Shown: positions 45,271-57,200 of the stretch, piece after piece
Numbering within the stretch: position 1 is the stretch's first letter
Layout: every line of letters starts with the position of its first letter
From: a virus
Lineage: Duplodnaviria; Caudoviricetes
Reading direction: 5' to 3' (one strand)
Virus record (IMG/VR): IMGVR_UViG_3300033552_000007
Coordinates: 1-58,634 of that record
Length of the DNA stretch: 58,634 nucleotides
Notes under the pieces: generated by a model
What the model was told of the DNA's origin: nothing
The model's database searches: none
The model's input: the letters and a program-made list of their open reading frames with translations, nothing else
Made by a program: the position numbers and the translations under genes

Positions 45271-48200
45271 ATGGCTGAAACCAACCAACAGAAAGTTAGC
45301 AGGATTGCGGTTCAAGAAGGTGTTGATCCAGACTTAGCTTTACGAGTGGCAAGCACGGAATCAGGATTTAATAGCAATGCCGTTAGTCCAAAAGGTGCGC
45401 GCGGCTTGATGCAAGTTATGCCAGCTACTTATCAAGAAGTCATGGGGCCAGATTCAGACCCTAATAATGTTGATAACAATGTGACGGCTGGCCTACGTTA
45501 TTTAGCCAAGCAACTAAAAACATTCAAAGGTGATGAAAGATTGAGTTTGGCCGCTTACAATGCAGGCGCCGGTGCGGTTAAGAAATACGGCGGCATACCA
45601 CCATACAAAGAAACTCAAGATTATGTCGCCAAGATCACCGGCGGCAAAGCACGCGCTACACCCGCAAAGCAAGGATATGAAGTAATTGGCTATAGTGATA
45701 TTGATGGCAACGACATACCACTAGAAAATCCCGTCAAAAAATCCGCGCCAGTAGCCGCAAAGAAAGCCGCGCCTTATGAAGTTATCGGCTATGAAGAAAT
45801 TGAAGCGCCAGCGCCAGCCGTTGCGCCGGTTGCGGAATCAGCCAATGCGACTTATGGCGACCGTGCAAAAGACTTGGGCATATCTACCGTTCAAGGCGTG
45901 GTTGATGTTGGACAAGCCGCTGTAGGTTTAGGTGATATTGTCAGTGGTGGACGAATTGGTAAACTGGCAGAGCAAGCCGGCGTAAAGTTTGAAGAAACCG
46001 ATCAAATACTTGAAGGCTTAAAATCAACCGCAGGCCAAGCCGACAAAGCCGCTTTAGATAATGCGCAAGGCTTTACTGATACCGCAAAAACTATTGTACA
46101 AAATCCAAACATTATCCCAAACGCGATTACGCGCACCATCCCTAGTATTTTAGGCGGTAGCGGAATTGCAAATGCTTTAGTTAAGCTAATGCCAAAAATC
46201 GGCGCAATCGCCGCAGGGGCAATCGGTGAAGGCGTTATTGGCGCAGGTAGTCAAGCAGAAGGCATCCGTTCGCAAACAGACGATGGATTAATCACGCCTA
46301 CGCAATCCGCATTATCGGCAGCAACAGGATTATCAACAGCCGTTATTTCAAGATTTAGCGGAAACTTTGCACAAAAGCTTGGCATTAAAGACATTGATAA
46401 TGTTTTAGTGAATGGTAGCGCCGAGCAAGTAGACGAAATAGTTAAAAAGTCACTAGGTCGCAAGTTGGTAGAAGGTGGTTTTACTGAATCTGTATTAGAA
46501 GAAATGCCGCAATCTGGCATTGAACAAATGCTATCTAACGTAGCGCTTGATAAACCAATTATGGAAGGTGTTGCAAAATCCGCCGCAATCGGTGGATTAA
46601 CAGCCGCCCCAATGGGTGCTGGTGCGCAATTAATTCCACAAGCACCAGCAATCCCCCAAACACGCGGCCAACGCATTATTGCTGAACTTAAAGCCCGTCA
46701 ATCTGGCCAGCCAGCAAGCACTGTTATTGCTGATGAAGTAATACCAGCCAGCCCAGCCAACCCTAGCGAATCAATTAACGCAGCCGATTTATTAGAGGAT
46801 GATAATGTCAGCAACACTGAACAAGGAGCCGCTAGTATTTTGGATAGCGGAATCGCTGGAAATGGGCGTGATAACCCAAGCGGAAGCGCAGTTAATGCAG
46901 TTAATGACGTTAATGGAATACGATCACCCGATATTGGACAGACCGTATCAAGCAATCTGCCTACTGGAAATGCCAACAGTGCAAATAGTCCACTAGACAA
47001 TCCAACGCCAGAGCCAAAAGCAACACTGGACGCACAAACTACCGCCTTTATCGAAGGCACTAAGCCAGCTTTACTAATTACCGAAGGCGAGGCATTACCG
47101 CAGAATCTACCAAATGACATTAAAACGGCTGTTATCCCTAATCGTGGCACACTTATTTATCGTGATGATATTAGCTTACAACAAGCGCTTAACGGCAATA
47201 TGGGCGAAGCTTTAGGTTATGGCATTAACGAGAAGCCAGCACAGCCCACAAGCGTTGTAACAGCGCGTGACGCTAACGGCACAGTCATTCAAGACGTTGC
47301 AACCGATGGCCGCCAAAGTGTGATTGATGCGGCAACGAAAGTAGCGGGCAATGGTACGGTTGAAGTTAGGCCGATTGAAGCGGCACTGGCAGAGCGTGAA
47401 GCAGGAGTTAAGGCCGCAGAAACGCCCGTTGGCAATATTGAAACGCCCGTTGGCATTGAAAATATGCCTAATGTGCCTAACATAACTAATAACCCAATAG
47501 TATCAAATACTTATTTAGGAAGTTCTGGCCGCCTAAAAACGCCTAAAATTGCCCAATCTGATTTAACACAACCAGCAACACCTGTTAAACCCAAAAAGCC
47601 AGCCAAGAAAGCAGGCACACTCTTAGCTACATTACGCGATATTGGCGGCATTGCACTTACTGATAAGCGCGATGTTACCGGCGAAGATAAGCGCTTTATT
47701 GGTGGTGGTTACAATCAAATATTCAAGGGCAGCGCCAAACAAACCTTGCGCGGCGCCATTGAAAGCGGCTTGCTTGATGAATTTTTACCTTACAGCATGC
47801 GCTTGTCTGCACAAACCGCAGATAGTGAAGCGTATGATTCAACAGAAGCGTATGATTACTTAGCGGATAAAATTCGCAACGGTACTCGCACGTTATCTTA
47901 TGAAGCCGAGCAAGAGCTTGAGCAAAAACGTTACGATGAAAAAACCGACACACAAGCCGCCGTTGATTTAATTGCCGAAGAATTTAATGAGGATGAAATA
48001 AATGCAGAACTCCAAATCGCAGGGTACAACGAAAGAGAAGCTCAAAGCCTGGCTACAGACTTTGACGCCAGCAACGAGGATTCAAGTGTTGAAAGCGGCA
48101 CTGGAAGCCAAGCAAGCGAAAAAACCGAAAGCTTAACCAAAGATCAGGCAGATGGCTTTGTAAAAGTAGCCGCAGATTCAATTAAAACATTACGCAAGCA

Positions 48201-51200
48201 AGATGTTGAGCGCGTATTGGACGAAACGCCATCTAAGTACAGAAAAGAATTAGCAGCCTACATTACAAAAAACCGTAGTGATTTAGCCGAAGAAGTAGCC
48301 GATATTGAGGCAGAAGCCCCCGCTTTAGAACTTCAAGGCCAAACTAACGCCGAAATTGAAGCCGACATAAAAGCTACACGCGACCGTGAAGTCAAAGCCG
48401 CAGCCGATGAAGCCAAAGCCAAATCCGCAAAAGACGCGGAAGATTTAAAAACCCAGCAAAAGAAAAATGCCAACGAACGCCCGTTTGAGTTTGGCGAAAA
48501 CATCAAAGACGTTAAGCAAGCGGTTAAAGCTGGCAGTGAGGATATGTTCACGCTGGATGAAAAGAAAAAGGATGAACCAGCCGCACCAGTTGATGCCAAA
48601 GTAAAACAGGCGCAAGATGATTTAGACGGAGCATTAAGTGACTTAGGCAGTATTTTTGGCAAGTCTTTACGCAACAATATCACCCCAGAACAAGAGCAAA
48701 AGTTAATACCAGTATTAACACGCGTATTTGATGCCGCCTTTAGACTTGGTTACTATGAATTTAAAGCGGCGGCTAAATTTGTACTTGATACAATTAGGAG
48801 TAAGATAAGTGAAGAGGTTGCGGATATTGTCACGATTGACCAGTTGCAAGGTGCGTATATCAGCATGGCTGGCAAGTACGGCGACCAAGCAACTAAAAAA
48901 CGTGATGTAGTTAATATTGAAAGTATTGAAGAGTTACAGGAGAGCGATAATGTCAATGACAAGCGTAGCAGCGCCAATTTGGAATCAGATAGCGGACAGC
49001 CAGAGCCTACAAACGGCATGGGCGCGCAGAATGTTCAAGATGGACGGAATGAAAATAGCGGAAGCGGAAAACAAAGAGTATCAAACGCTGAAAACGAAAG
49101 TGATGCCCAAGGTAGCAACAGCTTATTTGACAGTCAAACCATTGTTACTGGAGAACGTGGCAATAGCGAAATTTACACAGGAAAATCCCCAACACAAAGC
49201 GGCCTTGCTAGAGATAGTGACAATCGCGGAAGCGGTGACGGTAGCTTCACAGGAACACCGATTGAACCGCCAGCAACAGAAGGACTTAACGGAACTACTC
49301 AAAGCGGATTATTCGCGCTAAGTGCCAAGCCATTACAGGCCGAAGCTGACCGCGTAGAGCAAAATACAACGCTTGATAATATACGTGAAACGTTGCCACT
49401 ACTGCAAGCTGGCCAACAAGAGGACGTATTTAAAGCCGAAACGCGCTTTGCTGAACCTAAAGGGTTCGGCATGTTATTTACCAACGGAACGGGTACAGGT
49501 AAAACCTTTACAGGGTTGGGCGTAGTAAAACGCTTTGTAAATTCTGGTAAGAAAAATGTATTAATCATTGCCCCCAATGACAAAATTATTGAAGATTGGC
49601 AAAACACAGCCAAACTATTCAATATCACGGCTAATCGCTTAGAAACCACAAATGATGCTGGACGCGGTGTAGTCATCACCACTTATTCAAACATGGGTAA
49701 CAACCTAACGCTTGCTGATCGCAATTGGGATTTAATCGTCCATGATGAAGCGCACTACTTGGCGATGGATAAAGACGGTACAAATACTAACGCACTTAAA
49801 ACGTTGCGCGCCATTACCCAGCACCCGCAAGGCGTTTTTACAAGAACAGAAATGCTACACCGAGATTTGCGCGCAAAAATAACCGCGCTGTATGAAGAGA
49901 AAAAAACGCTTACGATTGCCGCCGCAAGTGATGAACGCAATTATCCAAAACTTGAAAAAGTAGAAGCAGAGATTGAAGCGGCCAACCTTAAATGGAGTGC
50001 GGTGAGTGAGGCCGTTAAAGAAAAAGTAAAAGCCAACCAAGGCGAAGGCCGACCACGCGCATTATTCTTATCGGCCACACCGTTCGCGTATGAAAAAACA
50101 GTGGATTGGGCAAACGGCTATTTGTTTGATTATGACGCTGGCAAAGAACAGGATGGAGCAAGCGGTACGGGCAATAGGTCTTATAACACTGGCAGCAACC
50201 GCGATCAGTTTATGATGCAGAACTTCGGTTATCGCATGCGTTACAACAAGCTAACCGAGCCAGACGCCAAAGTAAACCGTGGTTTAATGCAACGCCAATT
50301 TAATACTTCGCTTAAAAAAGCAGGTACTTTATCGGGCCGCATGCTGGACGTTGAAGCCGATTATGACCGTAAATTTGTATTGATTGATTCTGCTATTGGC
50401 CGCCGCATTGATGAAGCTCTTGGATGGTTTAGAGAAAAGCGAGATTCACTAAAAACTAGTGGCTTAGTAAACCCGCGCGCCAACGCTTATAGCGATGTAG
50501 AAAAAATCATTTCTGACCAGTTTGATTACTTGTCACGCCGTTATTTGTTGGAAGCTATTAAAGCCAAAGAAGTGGTTGTGCATGTTAAAGAACACATGGC
50601 GCTTGGCCGCAAAGTGGTTGTATTCCATGACTACAAGAAAGGCGGCGGCTTTAACCCGTTTAATATTTCAGCGCGCTCTATGGGCCAAGATTGGACAACA
50701 AGCGGCGACACCCAAGCCATTAACGAAATAATTGAAGAGTTTAAATCCGAGTTTAAAGATTTAATCAATGCGCCAGATTTTAAATCATCTTCACCTATTG
50801 ACACGTTTAAACAAGCGTTCCCCGGTGTATTGCTATTTAACGGCGATGTACCAACAAAAGTACGCCGCGCCAATGTCGCTAAATTCCAAGACGATGCCAG
50901 CGGCCCACAAGTAATTTTAGTGCAATCAGCCGCAGGCAAAGAAGGCATTAGCTTACACGATACAACGGGCAAGCATGCGCGCGTATTGTTTAACTTAGGC
51001 CAACCAACGCAGCCGACAACTTCTATTCAGCAAGAGGGCCGCATTTATCGTACAGGGCAAGTAACAGACGCCATGTTCAGATACTTAAACACAGGTACAA
51101 ATTGGGAGCGCTGGGCGTTTGCCACAACGATTGCACAACGCGCCAGCGCCGCCGAGAACTTAGCGCTTGGCGAACAAGCGCGCGCATTAAAAGACGCCTT

Positions 51201-54200
51201 TATTAGCGGCTTTGAAGAATCAGACAGTTATCGTGCTGGTATGGAAAACGAAGGCAAGGGCGGTAAAGAACGTGACAAAGCCGCCAATGAAGCCTTAACC
51301 GAGTATGACCGTGCAAAAGCTTTTTACTACGGCACGCAAAAGAAAAACAGCAAGACCAAAGCCCAAGAGGGCGCTGATTACTTTGCCACACCAGAGCCAG
51401 TAGGCTTGAAAATGGTTGAGCTTGCCGACATTCGCCCAGGCGAAAAAGTGTTAGAGCCAAGCGCAGGACACGGCGCAATTGCAAGATGGTTCCCAGAAGG
51501 CGCAGACAAAACCGCGATTGAGCCTAGCAGCTTCTTACGCCCACGTTTGGCTATGGTATTTGATGGCGCTATCAATAGCGGTGATTTTGAAGATTTAAAC
51601 ACAATCAATAAATACGATGCCATTGTTATGAACCCGCCGTTTGGTACGGCTGGCAAGACAGCAATTGACCACATGGCTAAAGCCTCCAAGCACTTGAATG
51701 ACGGTGGCCGCATTGTGGCGCTTATTCCAGTAGGTTCAACCGATAAGAAATTTGATAAATGGTTTTATGAAACTGAAACTCGCCCGTTAAAACCTATTTT
51801 TGAAAAAGACGGCATGCAAGTGTTTGCCGGTGACACTGTAAAAATGGCTGGCTTTGGTAAAGACTATGAAATTAAAGACGTAGTTATTGACGATATTAGA
51901 GGCACGCAATTTTTTAGAACCAAAGGACAGTCAAAAGATAACGGTATAAATGCAGTAGCGCTTAAATCTGTTGATAAAATTGGTAAACGTACCGAAGAGT
52001 TTAGCCCCACAAAAGGCTTTACATTGGTTGCTGATATAAAGTTACCAAGCGTTACATTTGAGCGCGCTGGCACTGCCGTTAATACGCGCATTGTGGTAAT
52101 TGAAAAGTCAGAGAGCGCGCCGCAAATATCAAACCGTGATTACACGGACGTTACTGATATTAACGAATTGTTTGATCGTATGGAAACACTTGAAATTCCA
52201 GCGCGCGCGAAAGCCAAAGAAGCTGATAACGAAACTGACGCGGCCCCAGCACGCACAACCGGAAGCGAGGCTACACGCCAGAACGATCAAGCCGCGCGCG
52301 AACGTGATGCAAAGGCACTAGAAAGCGGTGCGATTGCGCAAGGGGGCGAGGCAGTTACATTTAAAATTGAAGGTGATAAGTTAATAACAAATGCGCCAGC
52401 CCAAACGATAACAACGTCCAAAGGCAAAGAGCTTGAAGGCGTATTTATTACTGATTCAAGTATTGGTTTATCTGCAATTAAAGAGGTAGATAGATTCACA
52501 TACTATGCAAAAGGCAAAGGCGCTGGCTACTTTGTGCGCTTACGCCATGTAGTGCGCCCAACGAGTGATGATGTTTCATTCAGCAACGCCGGCGCCCCCA
52601 CTTTCTACAGCGCATTAACGCGCGCCATTGATGCCATTCAAACGAAGAAAGCCGACCCTGTTATGTGGAAAGGTTTAATTAAAAACCTTGCACAAAAAGG
52701 CGTTAAGCCTGATGAAATTGAATGGACGGGGGTAACTGATTGGCTGGACTTGCAAACAGGCGCCGTGACTAAAGAGCAAGTGTTGGATTACTTGAATAGT
52801 AATGGCGTTGAAGTTAGCGAAACGATGCTTGGGAAAGATACAGGCACGACAGACCAAGACGTTATTGATTTTCAAGGGATTGAATCTACTGAATGGGCAG
52901 ATGCTAGTAATTCACAGCGCGATGAATGGCGTGAAGAGTTCTACAGTCAATCATCAATGTACGCGCCTGCAACCAAATACAGCCAATACACCGTACCAGG
53001 CGGCACGAACTACAAAGAGTTGTTGTTGACGTTGCCAGAAAAAGCGCCACCAAAATCTATTGTTGAATGGACTGAAAGAATTGCTGGTGAATGGAACGCT
53101 GATGCAGATGGTAGACAGTTTGGCATACTTGAAGAAGATAATAATTCTTTCTACGTGTATGAAAAAGATGGTGCATTAGGTAAAAAAGTAAAGAGCCTTG
53201 ATGACGCTAAATTGCAAGTTGAAAGCGCACTTGTAAAAAATAAAACTACCAAATATAAATCATCCCACTTCGATCAAGCCAACATACTAGCCCACGTCCG
53301 TTTTGACGAAAGATTAGATGCAGACGGTAACAAGGTTTTGTTTATTCACGAACTGCAATCGGATTGGTCTAGTGATGGGCGAAAAAAAGGATTTGTACGC
53401 ACATTATCTAATGTTGAAAAGGCGCGTAGTAAAGAGTTATCTAAAAAAATGGATGACTACATTACTGAAAATGGATCGCTTAAAGCCCAGCGCAATCGTT
53501 ATGGATTAAGTGAAACTGAATTATCTGAATGGTCTTTATTAGATATTCAAGACAAAGGAGAAGGCGTACCACGCGCACCATTCGTTGAAAAAACTGACGC
53601 ATACCTAGCTTTAGCCCTTAAACGCATGATGCGCTACGCAGCCGAAAACGGCTTTAATAAGGTGGCTATTATTAACGGGCAACAGGCCGCCGACCTTTAT
53701 GACCTTAGTAAACAGGTTGATAAAATTCGTGCTTTCAAAAGACCAGAAGGCACATACTTTATTACAGCAGATGGCAGAACACTATCTGATGAAATGAAGG
53801 AATCAGAACTTGAAGGCGCTGTTGGTAAAGATTTAGCAACAAAGATTATCAATGGTGATAATAAAAAATCTGACGGCTTTCAAGAATTTAAAGGTGTTGA
53901 CCTAAAAGTAGGCGGAGAGGGCATGCGGTTTTTTTACGATACTCTTGTGCCAAAAGTAGCCAAAGACGTACTCAAGAAAGTGGGCGGTAGTGTTGAAACT
54001 ATTAGCTTGTCTTCTGGAAAAGAAATCTATGCAATTATAAACAAAGTTACTGGTAATGAAATAGGTGGTGGTTACACCTTAAAGCAAGCTCAAGATAAAG
54101 TTAATAACGACCCAGACAATAAGTATGAATATTACAAAGTATCTGGCGGTGAAAACGCACAAACAGGCTTCACCATAACCCCCGATATGCGCAACAAAGT

Positions 54201-57200
54201 AATGCAAGGATTGCCGCTATTCAGCCAAGGCACCGGCACAGGCGGCCTTTTAATAGACGACATAAAAGCCGCCATCGCTAACGACATTTACGGCCAAGAG
54301 GTAGACATTTACCCAACTATGATGGACGCGCCAATATACGTGCAAACGCAGGCATTAAGCGAACGTAAGTTTGGTATTGAGGGCTTCTATGATAAACGTA
54401 CTAACCGAGTTGCATTAATCGCCAGCAATCTAAGCAGCATTAAACGTGCTAAAGAAGTGGCGCGCCATGAGCTAATCGGACATTACGGCATGGAAAACAT
54501 GCTTAACGATGCAGACCCTAAACTATTATCAAAACTGTTAAACCGTGTTTTATTTGCAGAAAAAAGCGGCAATAAACAAATTATTGAGATCGCTCAATAC
54601 GTAGATGAAACACAGCCTAATTTAAGCGAACAACGCCGCGCCAAAGAGATTATCGCGGTAATGGCCGAGCGCAATATTCAAAACAGTATTACTAAGCGCG
54701 TGATTGATGCAGTGCGTTTATTCTTGAAGAAAATAGGCTTTATTAAAAGCGATGTAACAGACGCTAAGATTGCAGGCTTATTGCGTGATGCGCAGGTTTA
54801 CTTGAAAGGCAAAGGTAGAAGCTTAGTTGAACCTACTATGCAGGCCAGTTTTAGCAATAACGCCACCAAAGACATACCAGATGCCATTATCTTAAATCCA
54901 CTTGGCACAGCAAAAAACGATACCGATTATGAGGCTGCAAAAGCAGGGGATGTAGTGGCCGCAACGCGACTTGCTAAAAAATTAATTACTAATGATGTAA
55001 TTAAACAATTGAAAGAGCAGATTAAAAATGCTGATTTAGTTGTTGGCGTTACTTCTATTGAACAAAGCGGAAAAAATGCGTTGCCAGAAGCGGCGGCTAT
55101 TTTAATTGCAGACAAACTGTCTCTAAAATACGATGAAAACTTATTGCAATTAGTGTCGCCCAAACGTACTGGCATGAGTGGGATGGACAGAATATTTAAT
55201 CGCCCTGTATTTGAAGGTGATGTACAACCTAACGCAAGTTATATTTTAGTAGACGATACCATTACACAAGGCGGCACATTTGCTGCGATGACTAATCGTA
55301 TTAATGAAGGCGGAGCAAATGTCATTGCTAATATTGCATTGACAGGCAAAGATTATAGTAGCAAGATTGCAATATCAGACAGCATGCTAGAAAAAGTACG
55401 TAGTCAATTTGGTGATTTAGAAAATGAATTTAGAGCGATTACAAAATACGGATTTGAAGGCCTTACTCATAGCGAAGCACGGTTCGTTACGCTTGGAAAC
55501 GCTCCTGACAAATTCCGAGATAGAATCATTGCTGAAACTAAAAAGGCGGCGAGCAATACAAATACGTCTACTGCTAAAGCAGGACAAGACGTAAGTTTTA
55601 GTAACAATCCAACGCCGCCTACGGGTGGCGTTTTCACGTCACAACAGCCCTTAAATCCTAACTTTGAAATCCCGCAAACAAGCAAGCTAGATAACGTACT
55701 GCGCAGCGTGCAAGACAAGAACATTGACTTGAAGCGCGTGACAGCTAACATCAAGAAAAGCATTGGCGATATTTCAGATAACATCAATGCCTACTTGCAA
55801 GAAGAGCTTTATCACGGACGCGCGGCCAAACGTACACAAGACTTTCTCAATAATGAATTGAACCCATTAATTACAGCCATGCAAACGCGTGGTGTGACCA
55901 TGGCGGACTTTGAGGAATACTTATGGGCCAGACACGCCGAAGAACGCAATATTCAGATCGCTAAAGTCAATCCAAAAATGCCAGACCGCGGCAGTGGTTT
56001 AACGACTAAAGAGGCTAACGACTACCTTAACAGTTTAAGCGCTGGCCAAAAACGCAACTTTGAAGCATTGGCCGCCAGAGTGGACGCCATTACCAAAGGT
56101 TCGCGCCAAGTGTTAGTTGATTACAATTTAGAATCAGCCGGCACAGTGTTATCCATGGAAGGCGCTTATAAAAACTACGTGCCGTTAATGCGTGAAGATA
56201 TGGATATGGGTTTCGGCCAAGGTACTGGCCAAGGCGTTAGCGTTAAAGGTAATAGCAGCAAGCGTGCAACCGGTTCTAATCGTGCCGTGGTGGATATTCT
56301 GGCCAACATCGCCCAGCAACGTGAGCGCAACATTATTCGTGGTGAGAAAAATCGCGTGGCTACGGCCCTTGTTGGCCTTGCCAAAACGAATCCTAATAAA
56401 GACTTCTGGCAAGTTGATGTGCCGCCAACCATTACCGATATTAACAAAGCCACTGGCATGGTTGAGGTGCGCATTGACCCTAATTACAAAAATCGTAATA
56501 ACGTGGTTGTGGCCCGTATTGCCGATAAGAAAGGCAACATTCAAGAACGCGCCGTGGTATTTAGCGAGCGCAACGAGCGCGCCGTTAAGATGGCATTGAA
56601 TCTTAAAAACTTGGATCAAGACCAATTGGGTGTCGTGTTAAGCAATGCCGCGGTAATAACGCGCTGGTTCTCTAGTATTAACACGCAATACAACCCGATG
56701 TTCGGCGTAGTCAATATTATGCGTGATGTACAAGGCGCGCTGCTTAACTTGAGTTCAACGCCATTGAAAGGCATGCAAACTAAGGTATTGGCTGAAACGG
56801 CTAAAACCATTGGGCCGTTGTATGCTGAAATTCGCGCCATTCAGAAAAACGGCAAGTCTACTAATACGGACGTGGCCAGGCTGTATGAGGACTTTCAGCG
56901 CGAAGGCGGCAAAACAGGTTACCAAGATATGTTCCGCAACGCCGAAGAGCGTGGCAAAGCCATATCAAAAACGCTTGATCCTAATTGGTGGCAAACAACC
57001 AAGCTAGGTAAAGTGGTTTCGTTAAACGGCTTATTAGCTACGCCAGAACAATGGTTAATGCAAAAGCCAGTTAAGTTAATCTTTGATTGGCTGTCTGACT
57101 ACAACGAGGCGTTAGAAAACACAGTGCGCCTAGCGACTTACAAAGTTGGTTTGGATAAAGGATTAAGTAAACAACAAGCCGCCAGCGTTGCTAAAAACAT

